Positions 1-12,319 are shown, numbered from the stretch's first letter. The stretch: 64,000 nucleotides of DNA from Parvibaculaceae bacterium (GCA_965227805.1 CBDDGJ010000001.1:34249-98248), one strand, 5' to 3'. The notes: generated by a model from the letters alone, not told the origin. A program made the numbers and translations.

Positions 1-1
1 T

Positions 2-2032
2 GATGGCAAAACCCTTGCGCTTGCACCGGGAATAACCATTCTGCAAGCCTGTGAAGCTGCAGGCGTTGAAGTGCCGCGTTTTTGTTATCATGAACGCTTA
101 TCGATTGCGGGTAATTGTCGCATGTGTCTGGTGGAGGTGGAAAATGCACCCAAGCCGGTTGCGAGCTGTGCAATGCCAATTGCGCCTGATATGACAGTGC
201 ATACAAAAAGCGATATGGTTAAACAGGCGCGTGAAGGGGTTATGGAGTTTTTACTGATTAACCATCCGCTGGATTGCCCAATTTGCGATCAGGGCGGTGA
301 ATGTGATTTACAGGATCAAGCCCTTGGCTTTGGTGGAGATTATAGCCGCTTTGACGATAATAAACGCGCGGTTGAAGAAAAAAATATGGGACCCCTCATC
401 AAAACGGTTATGACGCGCTGTATTCATTGCACGCGTTGTGTCCGGTTTGCGCATGAAGTGGCGGGCACTTCGGAAATCGGTGCGATCGGGCGGGGTGAGG
501 ATATGGAAATTACCGCGCTTAGTGATATGGTTATGTCCGAGCTTTCCGGCAATGTGATTGATTTATGCCCCGTTGGGGCGTTGACCTCTAAACCCTTTGC
601 CTTTACGGCGCGCTCCTGGGAGTTACGTAAAACCGAAACCATAGATGTTATGGATGCTATGGGCGCACATATTCGGGTTGATGCAAGGGGGCGTGAAATC
701 ATGCGCATTATGCCACGCGCCTGTGATGATATAAATGAAGAATGGCTAGGGGATAAATCACGCTTTGTGTGGGATGGTCTTAATCGCCAGCGTTTGGATA
801 CGCCTTATGTGCGTAAGGATGGAAAATTAACACCTGTAAATTGGGATGAGGCTTTTTCAGCCATAGCCGCTAGGGTTAAAGGAAAAGGCGATAAAGTGGC
901 AGCCATTGCAGGGGATTTGGCCTGCGCGGAAAGTTTGCAAGCCTTGAAAGATTTAATGAATATGCTGGGCTCACCGCATATGGATTGCCGGCAGGATGGC
1001 GCAAAATTATCCGGGCCACGCGGACATTATTTGTTTAATAGTGGCATTGCCGGCATTGATGTGGCAGATGCTATTTTACTTATCGGCACCAATCCGCGCC
1101 TTGAGGCATCGGTGTTAAATGCGCGTATTCGCAAGCGTTGGCTTGAAGGGGGGATAGAGATTGGGCTTATCGGTAAATATGCAGATTTAACCTATGAGCT
1201 AACCCATATAGGGGAAAGTGCTGACCTGATTGACGCCGTCGCAAGTGGTGGGCATGCTTTTTCGCAAACGCTAAAGCGGGCAAAACGCCCGATGGTGATT
1301 GTTGGGCAGGGGGCGCTTATGCGTTCAGACGGGGAAAGTGTTTTATCCGCAGCGCTAAATTTGGCCGATAAAATGAATATGGTTAGCGAAAGCTGGAACG
1401 GATTTAATATTTTACATGATGCAGCTGCGCGTGTTGCGGGGTTGGATTTAGGTGTGCTCCCCGGTGAAGGGGGGTTGGATTGTGCGGGAATTTTGAGTGA
1501 GGCACAAACCGGCACGGTCGAAACGGTGCTTTTATTGGGAGCAGATGAAATTGATATGCAGGCGCTGGATAATGCATTTACCATATATATCGGCACGCAT
1601 GGGGATGCGGGGGCGCATGCGGCTGATGTTATTTTGCCAGGCGCGACCTATACCGAAAAACAAGCGCTTTATGTGAATATGGAAGGTCGTGTACAAATGA
1701 CAAGCCGTGCGGTTTTTCCGCCTGGTGAGGCACGCGAGGAGTGGAAAATTTTGCGTGCTCTTTCGGCTTATATTGGCGCGGCATTACCTTATGATAATGT
1801 GGATGCATTGCGGGCACATATATACGCGCAGGCACCCCATTTTGACGACTTAAATGCGCGCAAAGTAGATAATAACATGACAGTGCCAACAGCGAAGCGC
1901 TCTTATCTTAAAAAGGCTTTAGGCATAAAAAATAATCATTATTACCAAACAAACCCGATTGCCCGTGCATCGCATACATTGGCACAATGTGCACAATTAA
2001 AGTCAGAAAACAAGGGTATCGGTAATGGATAA
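2..2032 (+). CDS. nuoG: NADH-quinone oxidoreductase subunit G (5' end outside the window)
   Basis: The frame is open from base 2 ([46 protein letters not shown]). Fe-S cysteine motifs [14 protein letters not shown] and [10 protein letters not shown] are present. It is followed by nuoH-N in canonical order. Confidence 0.95.
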   Translation, partial: DGKTLALAPGITILQACEAAGVEVPRFCYHERLSIAGNCRMCLVEVENAPKPVASCAMPIAPDMTVHTKSDMVKQAREGVMEFLLINHPLDCPICDQGGECDLQDQALGFGGDYSRFDDNKRAVEEKNMGPLIKTVMTRCIHCTRCVRFAHEVAGTSEIGAIGRGEDMEITALSDMVMSELSGNVIDLCPVGALTSKPFAFTARSWELRKTETIDVMDAMGAHIRVDARGREIMRIMPRACDDINEEWLGDKSRFVWDGLNRQRLDTPYVRKDGKLTPVNWDEAFSAIAARVKGKGDKVAAIAGDLACAESLQALKDLMNMLGSPHMDCRQDGAKLSGPRGHYLFNSGIAGIDVADAILLIGTNPRLEASVLNARIRKRWLEGGIEIGLIGKYADLTYELTHIGESADLIDAVASGGHAFSQTLKRAKRPMVIVGQGALMRSDGESVLSAALNLADKMNMVSESWNGFNILHDAAARVAGLDLGVLPGEGGLDCAGILSEAQTGTVETVLLLGADEIDMQALDNAFTIYIGTHGDAGAHAADVILPGATYTEKQALYVNMEGRVQMTSRAVFPPGEAREEWKILRALSAYIGAALPYDNVDALRAHIYAQAPHFDDLNARKVDNNMTVPTAKRSYLKKALGIKNNHYYQTNPIARASHTLAQCAQLKSENKGIGNG

Positions 2033-3035
2033 TATGCTGTTCAACGATTATATATGGCCGGTATTTCTGGTGGTTGCACATAGCATGGCATTGATTTTGG
2101 CTTTGCTTATTTCGCTTGCCTTTTTCATGTATGCCGACCGTAAGATATGGGCGGCGGTGCATTTGCGGCGTGGCCCGAATGTGGTCGGCCCGTTTGGGTT
2201 ATTGCAAAGTTTTGCTGATATTTTCAAATATTTGGTAAAGGAAGTCACCATTCCGACCAATGCCAATAAGTTTGTTTTTTTGCTTGCGCCTTTTATCACA
2301 ATGTTTCTGGCTTTACTTGGCTGGGCGGTGATCCCGGTAAATGAAGGCTGGGTTGTGGCGGACATCAATATCGGTATTATGTTTATTTTTGCCGTGTCTT
2401 CGCTCGGGGTTTACGGTGTGATTATGGGCGGCTGGGCGTCTAATTCAAAATATCCATTTTTAGGCGCGCTACGTTCTGCGGCGCAAATGGTGTCTTATGA
2501 AGTATCGCTTGGCTTGGTGATCATTACGGTGTTGCTATGTGTCGGCTCGCTTAATTTGAGTGATATTGTGCGCGCTCAAAATACGGTGTGGTTTGCCATA
2601 CCCTTATTTCCGATGTTTGTGGTGTTTTTTATTTCGGCTTTGGCAGAAACAAATCGCCCCCCCTTTGATTTGCCGGAGGCTGAATCCGAACTTGTTGCCG
2701 GTTTTATGACCGAATATTCTTCCACCCCCTATGTGGTGTTTATGATCGGGGAGTTGGCAAATATTATTCTTATGTGCGCCATGGGCACAATTTTATTTCT
2801 GGGGGGGTGGCTGCCTCCAGTTGATATAGCGCCTTTTAATATGGTGCCGGGTGTTATATGGTTTATCGGAAAAATATGTTTTCTGTTTTTTATATTTTCG
2901 CTTGTCAAGGTGATCGTGCCGCGCTACCGCTATGATCAGCTTATGCGTTTGGGGTGGAAAGTCTTTTTGCCCTTTTCGCTTTTATGGGTTGTTCTGACGG
3001 CTGGTTTCTTACAATTTTTTCATTTGGTGCCATAG
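2025..3035 (+). CDS. nuoH: NADH-quinone oxidoreductase subunit H
   Basis: 336-aa polytopic membrane protein with the motifs [26 protein letters not shown]. Its start overlaps the nuoG stop. Confidence 0.95.
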   Translation: MDNMLFNDYIWPVFLVVAHSMALILALLISLAFFMYADRKIWAAVHLRRGPNVVGPFGLLQSFADIFKYLVKEVTIPTNANKFVFLLAPFITMFLALLGWAVIPVNEGWVVADINIGIMFIFAVSSLGVYGVIMGGWASNSKYPFLGALRSAAQMVSYEVSLGLVIITVLLCVGSLNLSDIVRAQNTVWFAIPLFPMFVVFFISALAETNRPPFDLPEAESELVAGFMTEYSSTPYVVFMIGELANIILMCAMGTILFLGGWLPPVDIAPFNMVPGVIWFIGKICFLFFIFSLVKVIVPRYRYDQLMRLGWKVFLPFSLLWVVLTAGFLQFFHLVP

Positions 3036-3057
3036 GTCTTTAGAAAGGGATATTTTA

Positions 3058-3549
3058 ATGTCATGGCTTAAACACACATTAGGAAGTTTGTTATTGCTGG
3101 AGTTTCTATCCGCTTTTATTTTGGCTATGCGATATTTTTTCAAACCAAAAATGACAGTAAACTACCCTTATGAAAAAGGTCCGCTTAGCCCGCGGTTTCG
3201 GGGTGAACATGCTTTGCGCCGTTATCCGAATGGGGAGGAACGCTGTATTGCATGTAAATTATGCGAAGCTATTTGTCCGGCGCAGGCCATTACCATTGAA
3301 GCCGGTCCGCGTAATAATGACGGCACGCGGCGCACGCTTCGCTATGATATTGATATGGTGAAATGCATTTATTGTGGCCTATGTCAGGAGGCGTGCCCGG
3401 TCGATGCGATTGTTGAGGGACCGAATTTTGAATTTGCCACACAAACGCGCGAAGAGCTTATTTATGATAAAGAAAAATTACTCGCAAATGGCGACAGGTG
3501 GGAAAGCGAGATTGCGAAAAATATCGCGTTAGACGCACCTTATCGCTAG
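3058..3549 (+). CDS. nuoI: NADH-quinone oxidoreductase subunit I
   Basis: Two 4Fe-4S ferredoxin motifs: [12 protein letters not shown] and [12 protein letters not shown]. Confidence 0.95.
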   Translation: MSWLKHTLGSLLLLEFLSAFILAMRYFFKPKMTVNYPYEKGPLSPRFRGEHALRRYPNGEERCIACKLCEAICPAQAITIEAGPRNNDGTRRTLRYDIDMVKCIYCGLCQEACPVDAIVEGPNFEFATQTREELIYDKEKLLANGDRWESEIAKNIALDAPYR

Positions 3550-3560
3550 ATGGATATAAA

Positions 3561-4163
3561 ATGAATCTTGTAAGTTTAGCCTTTTATCTGTTTTCCATTA
3601 TTAGCGTTGCAAGCGCTTTTATGGTGATTGCGTCACGCAATCCTGTCTATTCGGTTTTATTTTTAATTTTGACCTTTTTTAATGTAGCCGGATTATTTGT
3701 GCTGGTTGGGGCAGAGTTTTTAGCCGTATTACTGGTTGTGGTTTATGTCGGTGCGGTTGCGATTTTATTTTTATTCGTTGTTATGATGCTGGATATTGAT
3801 ATTGTGCAAATGCGTGCCGGTTTTTTACAATATATGCCGGTTGGCGCAACTATCGGGCTTATTTTGCTGGTTGAGCTGATTTTAGTTTTCACCACAGCAT
3901 TCTATACAGATGCGAACCTAGTGCCGCAAGCAACTCCGCCGGGAATGAGTAATGTAGAGGCTTTGGGGCGGGTTTTATATACGGATTATATTTATTATTT
4001 CCAAGCCGCCGGTGCAATTTTGCTTGTGGCAATGATTGGGGCGATTGTTTTAACATTTCGTTATCACCCGAATCCGCGCAAACAAAATATCGCGGCGCAA
4101 AATGCAAGGCGGCGCGCGGATGGCGTAAAATTGGTGGATGTCAAACCCGGGGATGGGTTATGA
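3561..4163 (+). CDS. nuoJ: NADH-quinone oxidoreductase subunit J
   Basis: Hydrophobic protein in the nuoJ position. I prefer the internal ATG at 3561 (MNLVSLAFYLF...), because the track ORF start at 3498 lies inside nuoI. Confidence 0.9.
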   Translation: MNLVSLAFYLFSIISVASAFMVIASRNPVYSVLFLILTFFNVAGLFVLVGAEFLAVLLVVVYVGAVAILFLFVVMMLDIDIVQMRAGFLQYMPVGATIGLILLVELILVFTTAFYTDANLVPQATPPGMSNVEALGRVLYTDYIYYFQAAGAILLVAMIGAIVLTFRYHPNPRKQNIAAQNARRRADGVKLVDVKPGDGL

Positions 4164-4190
4164 AACTGACTTATATAGGACGTGTATAAT

Positions 4191-4499
4191 ATGGGTATAG
4201 GATTAACGCATTATCTGACCTTGGCGGCAATTATATTTACCATAGGTGTGTTTGGCGTGTTTTTGAATCGCAAAAATGTAATCATTATTCTTATGGCCAT
4301 AGAGCTTATGTTGCTTGCGGTAAATATTAACCTTGTTGCATTTTCGGCTTATCTCGGAAATATAACAGGGCAGGTCTTTTCCTTGCTTGTGCTTACAGTT
4401 GCAGCGGCAGAAGCGGCAATCGGGCTTGCGATTTTGGTTGTTTATTTTCGCAATCGTGGCAGCATTACCATTGAAGATATTAGCCAAATGCGCGGTTAG
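4191..4499 (+). CDS. nuoK: NADH-quinone oxidoreductase subunit K
   Basis: About 100-aa protein with 3 TM segments (MGIGLTHYL...[15 protein letters not shown]). ATG at 4191 is preferred over GTG at 4182. Confidence 0.9.
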   Translation: MGIGLTHYLTLAAIIFTIGVFGVFLNRKNVIIILMAIELMLLAVNINLVAFSAYLGNITGQVFSLLVLTVAAAEAAIGLAILVVYFRNRGSITIEDISQMRG

Positions 4500-4526
4500 C
4501 CAGATATTAAGAACAGGAAGACAAAT

Positions 4527-6455
4527 ATGTTGCATGCCATATTATTTTTACCCCTTGCTGGCGCCGTGATAGCAGGCTTTTTTGGTCGTTTTATCGGTGC
4601 GCGGGCAAGCGCGCTTATAACCAGTATATTTTTAAGTATTGCGGCCATTTTATCATGGCATGTATTGATAACGCTTATATCCACCGGTGAGACGGGTAGC
4701 GTAAAAATATTGGACTGGATTCATTCGGGCGATCTTGTGCTTGATTGGTATTTCCGCCTTGATATGCTAAGCGCAGTCATGCTGGTTGTGGTAAATAGCG
4801 TATCGGCTTTGGTGCATATCTATTCCATTGGCTATATGAGCCATGATCCCGATAGACCACGTTTTTTTGCCTATTTATCGCTCTTTACCTTTATGATGCT
4901 GGCTTTGGTGACGGCAGATAATTTTTTACAGCTTTTCTTTGGCTGGGAAGGCGTTGGGCTTGCCTCTTACTTATTGATCGGGTTCTGGTTCAAAAAAACA
5001 TCGGCAAATAATGCAGCGATTAAGGCCTTTGTGGTCAATCGGGTAGGAGACTTTGGTTTGATTTTAGGTATGGCGGCTATTTATTTCACCGTTGGGTCGC
5101 TTGATTTTGATATTGTTTTTGCATCTGCCTTTGCCCTGGCGCAGGGGCAATTTGAATTTTTATCCATGACGGTGCCAAGCCTCACGGCAATTTGCCTGCT
5201 TCTATTTATGGGGGCAATGGGAAAGTCGGCACAGTTTTTTCTGCATACATGGCTTCCCGATGCAATGGAAGGGCCTACGCCGGTTTCGGCGCTTATTCAT
5301 GCGGCCACTATGGTGACAGCCGGTGTATTTTTGCTTGCGCGATGCTCTCCACTTTTTGAATTATCGCAAACGGCATTAAATGTTGTTATTGTGATGGGGG
5401 CGCTTACCGCCTTTTTTGCGGCAACGATTGGGCTTGTGCAAAATGATATTAAGCGGGTTATTGCCTATTCAACCTGCTCGCAATTAGGCTATATGTTTGT
5501 AGCACTTGGCGTAGGGGCTTACCAAATTGCGCTCTTTCACCTGTTTACACATGCTTTTTTCAAAGCATTACTGTTTTTGGGTGCCGGTTCGGTTATTCAT
5601 GCTATGGGCAATGAGCAAGATATGCGTAAAATGGGGGGGCTCAGCACATTTATTCCGATAAGTTGGGTGCTTATGCTTATTGGCACATTGGCACTTACTG
5701 GTTTTCCGCTTACGGCAGGTTATTTCTCGAAAGATGCCATTATCGAAGCAGCCTTTATATCGCATAGTGCACCCCATATGTTTAGCTTTGCTTTATTGGT
5801 TGTCGCGGCGGCGTTCACCTCTTTTTATTCTTGGCGACTTATTTTTCTTACCTTTCATGGGCAACCGCGCTGCACCAATGAAGTGTTAAACCGTGTTCAT
5901 GAAAGCCCTCTGGTTATGCTGGTGCCGCTTATTTTGCTGGCATTTGGGGCTTTGGCGGCGGGGTATATATTCGCGCCTTATTTTATCGGGGCGCATCAGG
6001 CAGATTTCTGGCAAGGCAGTATTTTTGTAGCCGAAAATAACCATATTTTACGTGATATACATACAGTGCCCTTATGGGTGAAACTTGCGCCTCTTATTAT
6101 GATGCTGCTTGGGTTTTTGGGTGCCTGGTTATGTTATATAAAGTTTCCGTCTGTGCCAGCAGCGATTGCGGGTGAGCATGATTTAGCTTACAAATTTTTA
6201 CTACATAAATGGTATTTTGATGAGCTTTACCATTTCATTTTTGTGCGTCCTCTTGGCGGTGTGGCGCGGTTTTTATGGAAAAAAGGTGATGGTCGTGTGA
6301 TAGATGGTATCGGGCCAGATGGTGTTGCCGCTTTGGTTGAGCGCGCAACATCAATGATTGTGCGCTTGCAAACAGGATATGTATATCATTATGCATTTGC
6401 GATGCTTCTGGGTGTTGCCGCTTTGGTAAGCTGGTTTATGTTGGGGATTAAGTAA
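4527..6455 (+). CDS. nuoL: NADH-quinone oxidoreductase subunit L
   Basis: 642-aa antiporter-like subunit with the motif WLPDAMEGPTPVSALIHAATMVTAGVF. Confidence 0.95.
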   Translation: MLHAILFLPLAGAVIAGFFGRFIGARASALITSIFLSIAAILSWHVLITLISTGETGSVKILDWIHSGDLVLDWYFRLDMLSAVMLVVVNSVSALVHIYSIGYMSHDPDRPRFFAYLSLFTFMMLALVTADNFLQLFFGWEGVGLASYLLIGFWFKKTSANNAAIKAFVVNRVGDFGLILGMAAIYFTVGSLDFDIVFASAFALAQGQFEFLSMTVPSLTAICLLLFMGAMGKSAQFFLHTWLPDAMEGPTPVSALIHAATMVTAGVFLLARCSPLFELSQTALNVVIVMGALTAFFAATIGLVQNDIKRVIAYSTCSQLGYMFVALGVGAYQIALFHLFTHAFFKALLFLGAGSVIHAMGNEQDMRKMGGLSTFIPISWVLMLIGTLALTGFPLTAGYFSKDAIIEAAFISHSAPHMFSFALLVVAAAFTSFYSWRLIFLTFHGQPRCTNEVLNRVHESPLVMLVPLILLAFGALAAGYIFAPYFIGAHQADFWQGSIFVAENNHILRDIHTVPLWVKLAPLIMMLLGFLGAWLCYIKFPSVPAAIAGEHDLAYKFLLHKWYFDELYHFIFVRPLGGVARFLWKKGDGRVIDGIGPDGVAALVERATSMIVRLQTGYVYHYAFAMLLGVAALVSWFMLGIK

Positions 6456-7970
6456 ATGACGAATTGGCCTATTCTCTCAACCATTACATTTTTACCCCTT
6501 TTCGGCGCATTATTTATTTTTCTCATTCGTGGCGATGAAGCAACCATTGCACGTAATAGTAAGGCCGTCGCCCTTTGGACGAGCTTTATCACCCTTGTTT
6601 TAACTATCTTCATGGTAGGTGCTTTTGATGGCACACGCGCCGATATGCAATTTGTTGAACGGGTAAGATGGTTGGGGGGCGGCATTGATTATGCAATGGG
6701 GGTTGATGGTATTTCATTGCTCTTTATTGTGCTTACGGCATCACTTATGCCGTTATGTATTTTGGCAAGCTGGCAAAGTATCACCTACCGCGTGCGTGAA
6801 TATATGCTTGCCTTTTTGATTTTAGAAACATTGATGATCGGTGTGTTTTGCGCGATGGATCTGGTATTATTTTATCTTTTCTTTGAAGGTGGCCTTATTC
6901 CGATGTTTTTAATTATCGGCATCTGGGGGGGAGAACGGCGCGTTTATGCTGGTTTCAAATTTTTCCTATATACGCTGCTTGGGTCGGTTTTAATGTTGCT
7001 TGCGATTATGGTGATGTATTGGCAAACGGGAACAACCTATATTCCTGACCTCATGGCATATCCATTTGCATCTGACATACAAATATGGCTATGGCTTGCT
7101 TTTTTCGCGTCTTTTGCAGTGAAAATGCCGATGTGGCCAGTGCATACATGGCTGCCAGATGCGCATGTAGAAGCACCGACAGCAGGGTCGATGATCCTTG
7201 CCGGCATTTTATTGAAAATGGGGGGCTATGGGTTTTTACGCTTTTCCTTGCCTATGTTTCCGATCGCTTCGGATTATTTTGCGCCCTTTATATTCTTTTT
7301 AAGCGCGGTTGCAATTATTTATGCGTCGCTGGTTGCCTTTGCGCAGGAAGATATGAAAAAACTTATCGCCTATTCATCCGTTGCCCATATGGGGTTTGTC
7401 ACTATGGGTATATTTGCAGCAACCACGCAAGGGGTGCAAGGCGCGGTGTTCCAGATGTTGTCACATGGGTGGGTTTCGGCAGCCTTATTCTTTTGTGTCG
7501 GGGTGATTTATGACCGCATGCATACGCGTGATATTTCTGCCTATGGCGGGCTTGCGACCAGAATGCCGATTTACGCGACATTTTTCATGCTATTTACAAT
7601 GGCAAATGTTGGTTTGCCGGGCACATCGGGTTTTGTTGGCGAGTTTCTCACAATTTTAGGAACATTTCAGATAAGCACATGGACAGCCCTTTTTGCCGCA
7701 AGCGGTGTTATTTTTTCTGCCATATACGCACTTACGCTTTATCGGCGTGTAAGTTTTGGAACGATAGATAATGAATCTCTTATTGATATTTCCGATATGA
7801 ATATGCGTGAAATCGGAATTATGTTACCCCTTGCGCTTGCAACTGTGCTATTTGGCATTTGGCCGGTTTTCATATTGGATGACATTACGGCTGCTTCAAT
7901 TGAGCTACTTCTGAGCCAATATCACGATGCTTTGGTTGTGCATAGTTCGGGTGTTTTAAGTGTGGAATAG
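6456..7970 (+). CDS. nuoM: NADH-quinone oxidoreductase subunit M
   Basis: Motif [30 protein letters not shown]. It starts immediately after the nuoL stop. Confidence 0.95.
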   Translation: MTNWPILSTITFLPLFGALFIFLIRGDEATIARNSKAVALWTSFITLVLTIFMVGAFDGTRADMQFVERVRWLGGGIDYAMGVDGISLLFIVLTASLMPLCILASWQSITYRVREYMLAFLILETLMIGVFCAMDLVLFYLFFEGGLIPMFLIIGIWGGERRVYAGFKFFLYTLLGSVLMLLAIMVMYWQTGTTYIPDLMAYPFASDIQIWLWLAFFASFAVKMPMWPVHTWLPDAHVEAPTAGSMILAGILLKMGGYGFLRFSLPMFPIASDYFAPFIFFLSAVAIIYASLVAFAQEDMKKLIAYSSVAHMGFVTMGIFAATTQGVQGAVFQMLSHGWVSAALFFCVGVIYDRMHTRDISAYGGLATRMPIYATFFMLFTMANVGLPGTSGFVGEFLTILGTFQISTWTALFAASGVIFSAIYALTLYRRVSFGTIDNESLIDISDMNMREIGIMLPLALATVLFGIWPVFILDDITAASIELLLSQYHDALVVHSSGVLSVE

Positions 7971-7978
7971 GGGGGGAT

Positions 7979-9457
7979 ATGTTTACTGATATATTTGCCA
8001 TTTTGCCTGAATTAACTCTATTTCTTGTGGCAATGGGCTTGCTTATGGTTGGTGCATTCCGCAATTCGGTCTCACTTATATCGATGAATTGGGCAGCAAT
8101 AGGCGGGCTTGCCCTTGCAATTATTTTTAGCCTCATACAAAGCGGTGCGCCGCTTATGGCATTTCAAAACACCTTTATTGTTAACGAGTTTACGCATTTT
8201 ATCAAAATCGTGATTTACTTTACGGTCATTATCGCTTTGCTGCTTTCTACAGGCTTTATGCTTAAAGAAAAAATCGCACGCTTTGAATATCCTGTTTTGG
8301 TGTTGCTGGCAGCAACGGGTATGGGGATGATGGTGTCGGCGAATGACCTGATCGCTATGTATTTGGGCATAGAGCTGCAAAGTCTGACGCTTTATGTGTT
8401 GGCCGCCATCCACCGCGATTCGTTGCGCGCGAGCGAAGCGAGTATGAAATATTTTGTATTAGGTGCTTTGTCTTCTGGCATGCTGCTTTATGGATGTTCT
8501 TTGCTTTACGGATTTTCCGGCACCACAAATTTTGACTTATTAGCTACCCGTATTTCGGGAAGCGGCGCAGATATTCCTCTATCATTTATTGTAGGCATTA
8601 TTTTTGTTTTGGCAGGGCTTGCCTTCAAAATATCGGCAGTGCCGTTTCATATGTGGACACCCGATGTCTATGAAGGGGCACCAAGTCCGGTGACGGCATT
8701 TTTTGCAGCAGCTCCCAAAATTGCAGCCATGGCACTATTGCTCAGGCTCTTGATAACGGCATTTCCTAATGCGCTTGTGGCCTGGCAACAGATAATTGTG
8801 TTTCTTGCGATTACCAGCATGTTACTGGGGGCGTTTTCTGCTATCGGACAGCGCAATATTAAGCGGCTTATGGCTTATTCGTCTATTGGTCACATGGGGT
8901 ATGCGTTAGTGGGGTTATCTACGGGGACAGTTGAAGGGATTGCCGGCGTGGCGATTTATATGGTGATTTATGGCGCCATGACGCTGGGCGCCTTTGCGTG
9001 TATTTTAGCGATGCGGCGTGATGAGACACTCGTTGAGAAAATAGATGATCTAGCAGGCTTAAGCCGACAACAACCTTTTATGTCGGCGGCATTAGCGATT
9101 TTAATGTTCTCGCTGGCAGGTATTCCACCATTGGCCGGTTTTTTCGGTAAATTTTATGTATTTCGCGCCGCGATAGAGGCAGAGCTTTACGGGCTTGCCC
9201 TTATTGGTGTATTGGCAAGTGTGGTTGCGGCTTTTTATTATTTACGCATTGTTAAAATTCTTTATCTTGATAATACCGAAGATGAAACTTTGGATAAGAT
9301 GCCGCGTGACTTATCCATTATTGCGGGGTGTATGGCAGGCTTTGCGCTCTTATTCTTTGTCTATCCATCTGTTTTGGTTGACATTGCCTATGCAGCAGCA
9401 CAGGCCCTTATTACAACCGATGAAACCATATTTGCCGTGCTTACCCTGCTATGGTAA
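7979..9457 (+). CDS. nuoN: NADH-quinone oxidoreductase subunit N
   Basis: Motif PFHMWTPDVYEGAPSPVTAFF. It is the last gene of the nuo operon. Confidence 0.95.
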   Translation: MFTDIFAILPELTLFLVAMGLLMVGAFRNSVSLISMNWAAIGGLALAIIFSLIQSGAPLMAFQNTFIVNEFTHFIKIVIYFTVIIALLLSTGFMLKEKIARFEYPVLVLLAATGMGMMVSANDLIAMYLGIELQSLTLYVLAAIHRDSLRASEASMKYFVLGALSSGMLLYGCSLLYGFSGTTNFDLLATRISGSGADIPLSFIVGIIFVLAGLAFKISAVPFHMWTPDVYEGAPSPVTAFFAAAPKIAAMALLLRLLITAFPNALVAWQQIIVFLAITSMLLGAFSAIGQRNIKRLMAYSSIGHMGYALVGLSTGTVEGIAGVAIYMVIYGAMTLGAFACILAMRRDETLVEKIDDLAGLSRQQPFMSAALAILMFSLAGIPPLAGFFGKFYVFRAAIEAELYGLALIGVLASVVAAFYYLRIVKILYLDNTEDETLDKMPRDLSIIAGCMAGFALLFFVYPSVLVDIAYAAAQALITTDETIFAVLTLLW

Positions 9458-10227
9458 ATGCCGATTTTCCGGGGTATAGGCTTTTACAATTTGGTGAAAT
9501 TGATAGCACCAATGAAGAAGCAAAACGCCTGGGCGCACAAGGTGAAACGCATGCATGCTGGATAATGGCGGAACGTCAAAATGCTGGGCGCGGGCGGCGC
9601 GCGCGGCAATGGGACTCACCACGCGGTAATTTGATGACCACACTTTATTTGCCCGAACGCATGGCGTTGACGAAAGCAGGCTTTTTCTCTTTTATTGCCG
9701 GACTTGCTTTGTTTGATACGGTTGCGCATTTTATTACCGCTACGCAAACACAAAAAGCGCTTCGCTTGAAATGGCCGAATGATTTACTATTCAACAACGC
9801 AAAAATTGCCGGTATTTTATTAGAGACAGCGTCGCTGGAAAATGAAATGATTAGCTGGATTGCGATTGGTATTGGGCTTAATTTACGCTATTTTCCCACA
9901 GATACACCTTATCCAGCCACTGCGCTTTTACCGGCAACGGGGGTGGAGGTATCACCTCTTGACGCCCAGAAAGTTTTAGCGGCACGTTTTACACATTATA
10001 AAACTTTATATGAGGCGCAAGGGTTTTCTGCCCTTAGAGATTTATGGATGATGCGGGCGCAAGGCAAGGGAGAGCGGGTTTTCGTTCGTCTACCGCAAGC
10101 AACAAAAGTGGGTATATTTAATGATATAAATGAAACTGGTGCTCTTATCTTGCAGTTGGATAATGGGCAAAGGGAAGACATATTCGTCGGTGATGTATAT
10201 TTTGATCCTCCTGATGGAGGCAGATGA
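9451..10227 (+). CDS. birA: Biotin--[acetyl-CoA-carboxylase] ligase (no N-terminal HTH domain)
   Basis: Biotin-binding loop QNAGRGRRARQWDSPRGNL. At 258 aa it is too short to carry a repressor HTH domain. Confidence 0.85.
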   Translation: MVNADFPGYRLLQFGEIDSTNEEAKRLGAQGETHACWIMAERQNAGRGRRARQWDSPRGNLMTTLYLPERMALTKAGFFSFIAGLALFDTVAHFITATQTQKALRLKWPNDLLFNNAKIAGILLETASLENEMISWIAIGIGLNLRYFPTDTPYPATALLPATGVEVSPLDAQKVLAARFTHYKTLYEAQGFSALRDLWMMRAQGKGERVFVRLPQATKVGIFNDINETGALILQLDNGQREDIFVGDVYFDPPDGGR

Positions 10228-11877
10228 ATGAACGGCAAGATGCTTTTTCTACCACTTGGTGGCACAGGTGAAATCGGCATGAATTGCAATCTTTATGGAT
10301 TTGCGGATGGAAAACATACGCACTGGATTATGGTGGATGCAGGTGTGAGCTTTGCCCCGCCCGCTATGCCGGGGATTGATCTTATTATGCCCGATTTAGA
10401 GTTTATCGCGCAGCAAAAAGAAAATTTGCTTGGCTTATTTTTAACCCATGGGCATGAAGACCATATTGGTGCTGTCGGGCATTTGTGGCGATATATGCGC
10501 TGCCCGATTTATGCCACTGCTTTTACAGCTGAATTGGTGCGTGGAAAATTGGCCGAGGCGGGTTTGGATGATGTGCCGTTACAATGTGTTACGCCGGGCG
10601 ATGTGATAAGGCAGGGTAATTTTTCGGTTGATTATATTGGCCTTACCCACTCCATTGCCGAGGCGCATGGATTGCTTATTGAAACACCTGCAGGGCGTGC
10701 CTTTCATACGGGAGATTGGAAAATAGATCCCGCGCCGCTTATTGGTGCACCGACACAAATTGAACGTCTAAAAGAGATTGGTGCCCAGGGCATTGATGCG
10801 ATTATTTGTGATAGCACCAATGTTTTGAATGCTGGTCGCGCAGGGTCTGAAGCAAAAATATATCAAGACTTACATGATACGATTGCCGATAAAACGGGTC
10901 GTGTCGTGGTGACCGGTTTTGCCTCTAATGTCGCGCGCATGCACTCTGTTGCGCGTGCGGCACAAGCGCATGGCCGCCATATTTGCTTGCTTGGGTGGGG
11001 TATGCATAAAATTTATAATGCAGCAAAATCCAGCGGTTATTTTGCTGATTTTCCCGAACTTATTGCAGAAGATCATGCTGGGTTTTTTCCGTCAGAAAAA
11101 ATCTTATTTTTATGCACCGGCAGTCAAGGGGAGCCTAATGCGGCTTTGGCGCGGCTTGCTGAAGATAGGCATCCGCATATTACGCTTGATAAAAATGATT
11201 GCGTTATATTTTCTGCGCGTATGATTCCAGGAAATGAAGCGGATATTTTGCGTTTACATAATTTATTGGTATCACGCGGAATTGAGGTTATCACTGCACA
11301 GCGTGATTATTTGCACGCATCGGGGCATCCTTGCCGCGATGAGTTGGCCGACATGTATGGGTGGATTAAGCCCCGCGCTGCTATTCCAGTGCATGGTGAG
11401 GCACGGCACCTAATCGAACATGCACGTTTTGCATCTGAATTAGGCGTTCAGGAACCGTTGCAGATTTTTAATGGTGATATGGTGCGCCTTGCGCCAGCAC
11501 CAACCCGTATGGTTGAAAAGGTGAAAGCGGGAAGAGTATATTGCGATGGAAATATAATCGTGACAGCTGATAATGAAGCAATAAAGCAGCGTAAAAAATT
11601 AGCTTATGGGGGTGTTGTGCTTGTCACTATTATTGTAGATCAATCCGGTTATTTGCGTGCCTCTCCCAAAATTGACCTAATGGGTGTGCCGGAATATGAT
11701 AATAATGGCATAGACATGAAAGCGTGGGTGTGCGAGGCTGTGGATAGGACAATTCCGAAAACTGAAAAAATTGCCCTGAAAGGGGGGGCGGATAAAATTC
11801 GCATTTCAGTGAGGCGTATAGTGCGGCAACATTACGGTAAAAAAATAGCTGTGCGCGTCAAACTTATTGAAATTTAG
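10228..11877 (+). CDS. rnj: Ribonuclease J family metallo-beta-lactamase/beta-CASP RNase
   Basis: The HGHEDHIG motif, a length of 549 aa, and the conserved alphaproteobacterial position after birA. Confidence 0.85.
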   Translation: MNGKMLFLPLGGTGEIGMNCNLYGFADGKHTHWIMVDAGVSFAPPAMPGIDLIMPDLEFIAQQKENLLGLFLTHGHEDHIGAVGHLWRYMRCPIYATAFTAELVRGKLAEAGLDDVPLQCVTPGDVIRQGNFSVDYIGLTHSIAEAHGLLIETPAGRAFHTGDWKIDPAPLIGAPTQIERLKEIGAQGIDAIICDSTNVLNAGRAGSEAKIYQDLHDTIADKTGRVVVTGFASNVARMHSVARAAQAHGRHICLLGWGMHKIYNAAKSSGYFADFPELIAEDHAGFFPSEKILFLCTGSQGEPNAALARLAEDRHPHITLDKNDCVIFSARMIPGNEADILRLHNLLVSRGIEVITAQRDYLHASGHPCRDELADMYGWIKPRAAIPVHGEARHLIEHARFASELGVQEPLQIFNGDMVRLAPAPTRMVEKVKAGRVYCDGNIIVTADNEAIKQRKKLAYGGVVLVTIIVDQSGYLRASPKIDLMGVPEYDNNGIDMKAWVCEAVDRTIPKTEKIALKGGADKIRISVRRIVRQHYGKKIAVRVKLIEI

Positions 11878-11914
11878 GCTATATATTTGTATCACATAGA
11901 TATGGAGGTTTGAA

Positions 11915-12319
11915 ATGATTGGAAATTTGAATCATGTTGCAATCGCAGTGCCGGATGTTGAGGCAGCAGCGATGACATATAAGGAAACTCTAGGCGCGCG
12001 TATATCCGCCCCTTTGCCGTTACCCGCGCATGGGGTAACGACAATATTTGTTGAACTGCCCAATACAAAAATAGAGCTTATTGAGCCTTTAGGTGAAAAT
12101 TCACCCATAGCCGGCTATTTGGACAAAAACCCGAAAGGGGGCATGCATCACATATGTTATGAGGTGGAAGATATTTATCAGGCACGCGATCGGATGATTG
12201 AACAAGGCGCCACAATAACGGGCACAGGTGAACCCACTATTGGTGCGCATGGCAAGCCGGTTATTTTCTTACACCCGAAAGATTTTTGTGGCACATTGGT
12301 TGAGCTTGAGCAGGTCTGA
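11915..12319 (+). CDS. mce: Methylmalonyl-CoA epimerase (VOC/glyoxalase fold)
   Basis: 134-aa VOC-family protein (LNHVAIAVPD...GGMHHICYEVEDI...FLHPKDFCGTLVELEQ). Confidence 0.8.
   Translation: MIGNLNHVAIAVPDVEAAAMTYKETLGARISAPLPLPAHGVTTIFVELPNTKIELIEPLGENSPIAGYLDKNPKGGMHHICYEVEDIYQARDRMIEQGATITGTGEPTIGAHGKPVIFLHPKDFCGTLVELEQV

Noticed and set aside
7085-7513. Alternative-frame same-strand ORFs within nuo genes (7085-7513, 3170-3361, 9195-9479).
   Set aside because: They are out of frame with clearly homologous nuoM, nuoI and nuoN sequences, and their products have Cys/Arg-rich nonsense composition.
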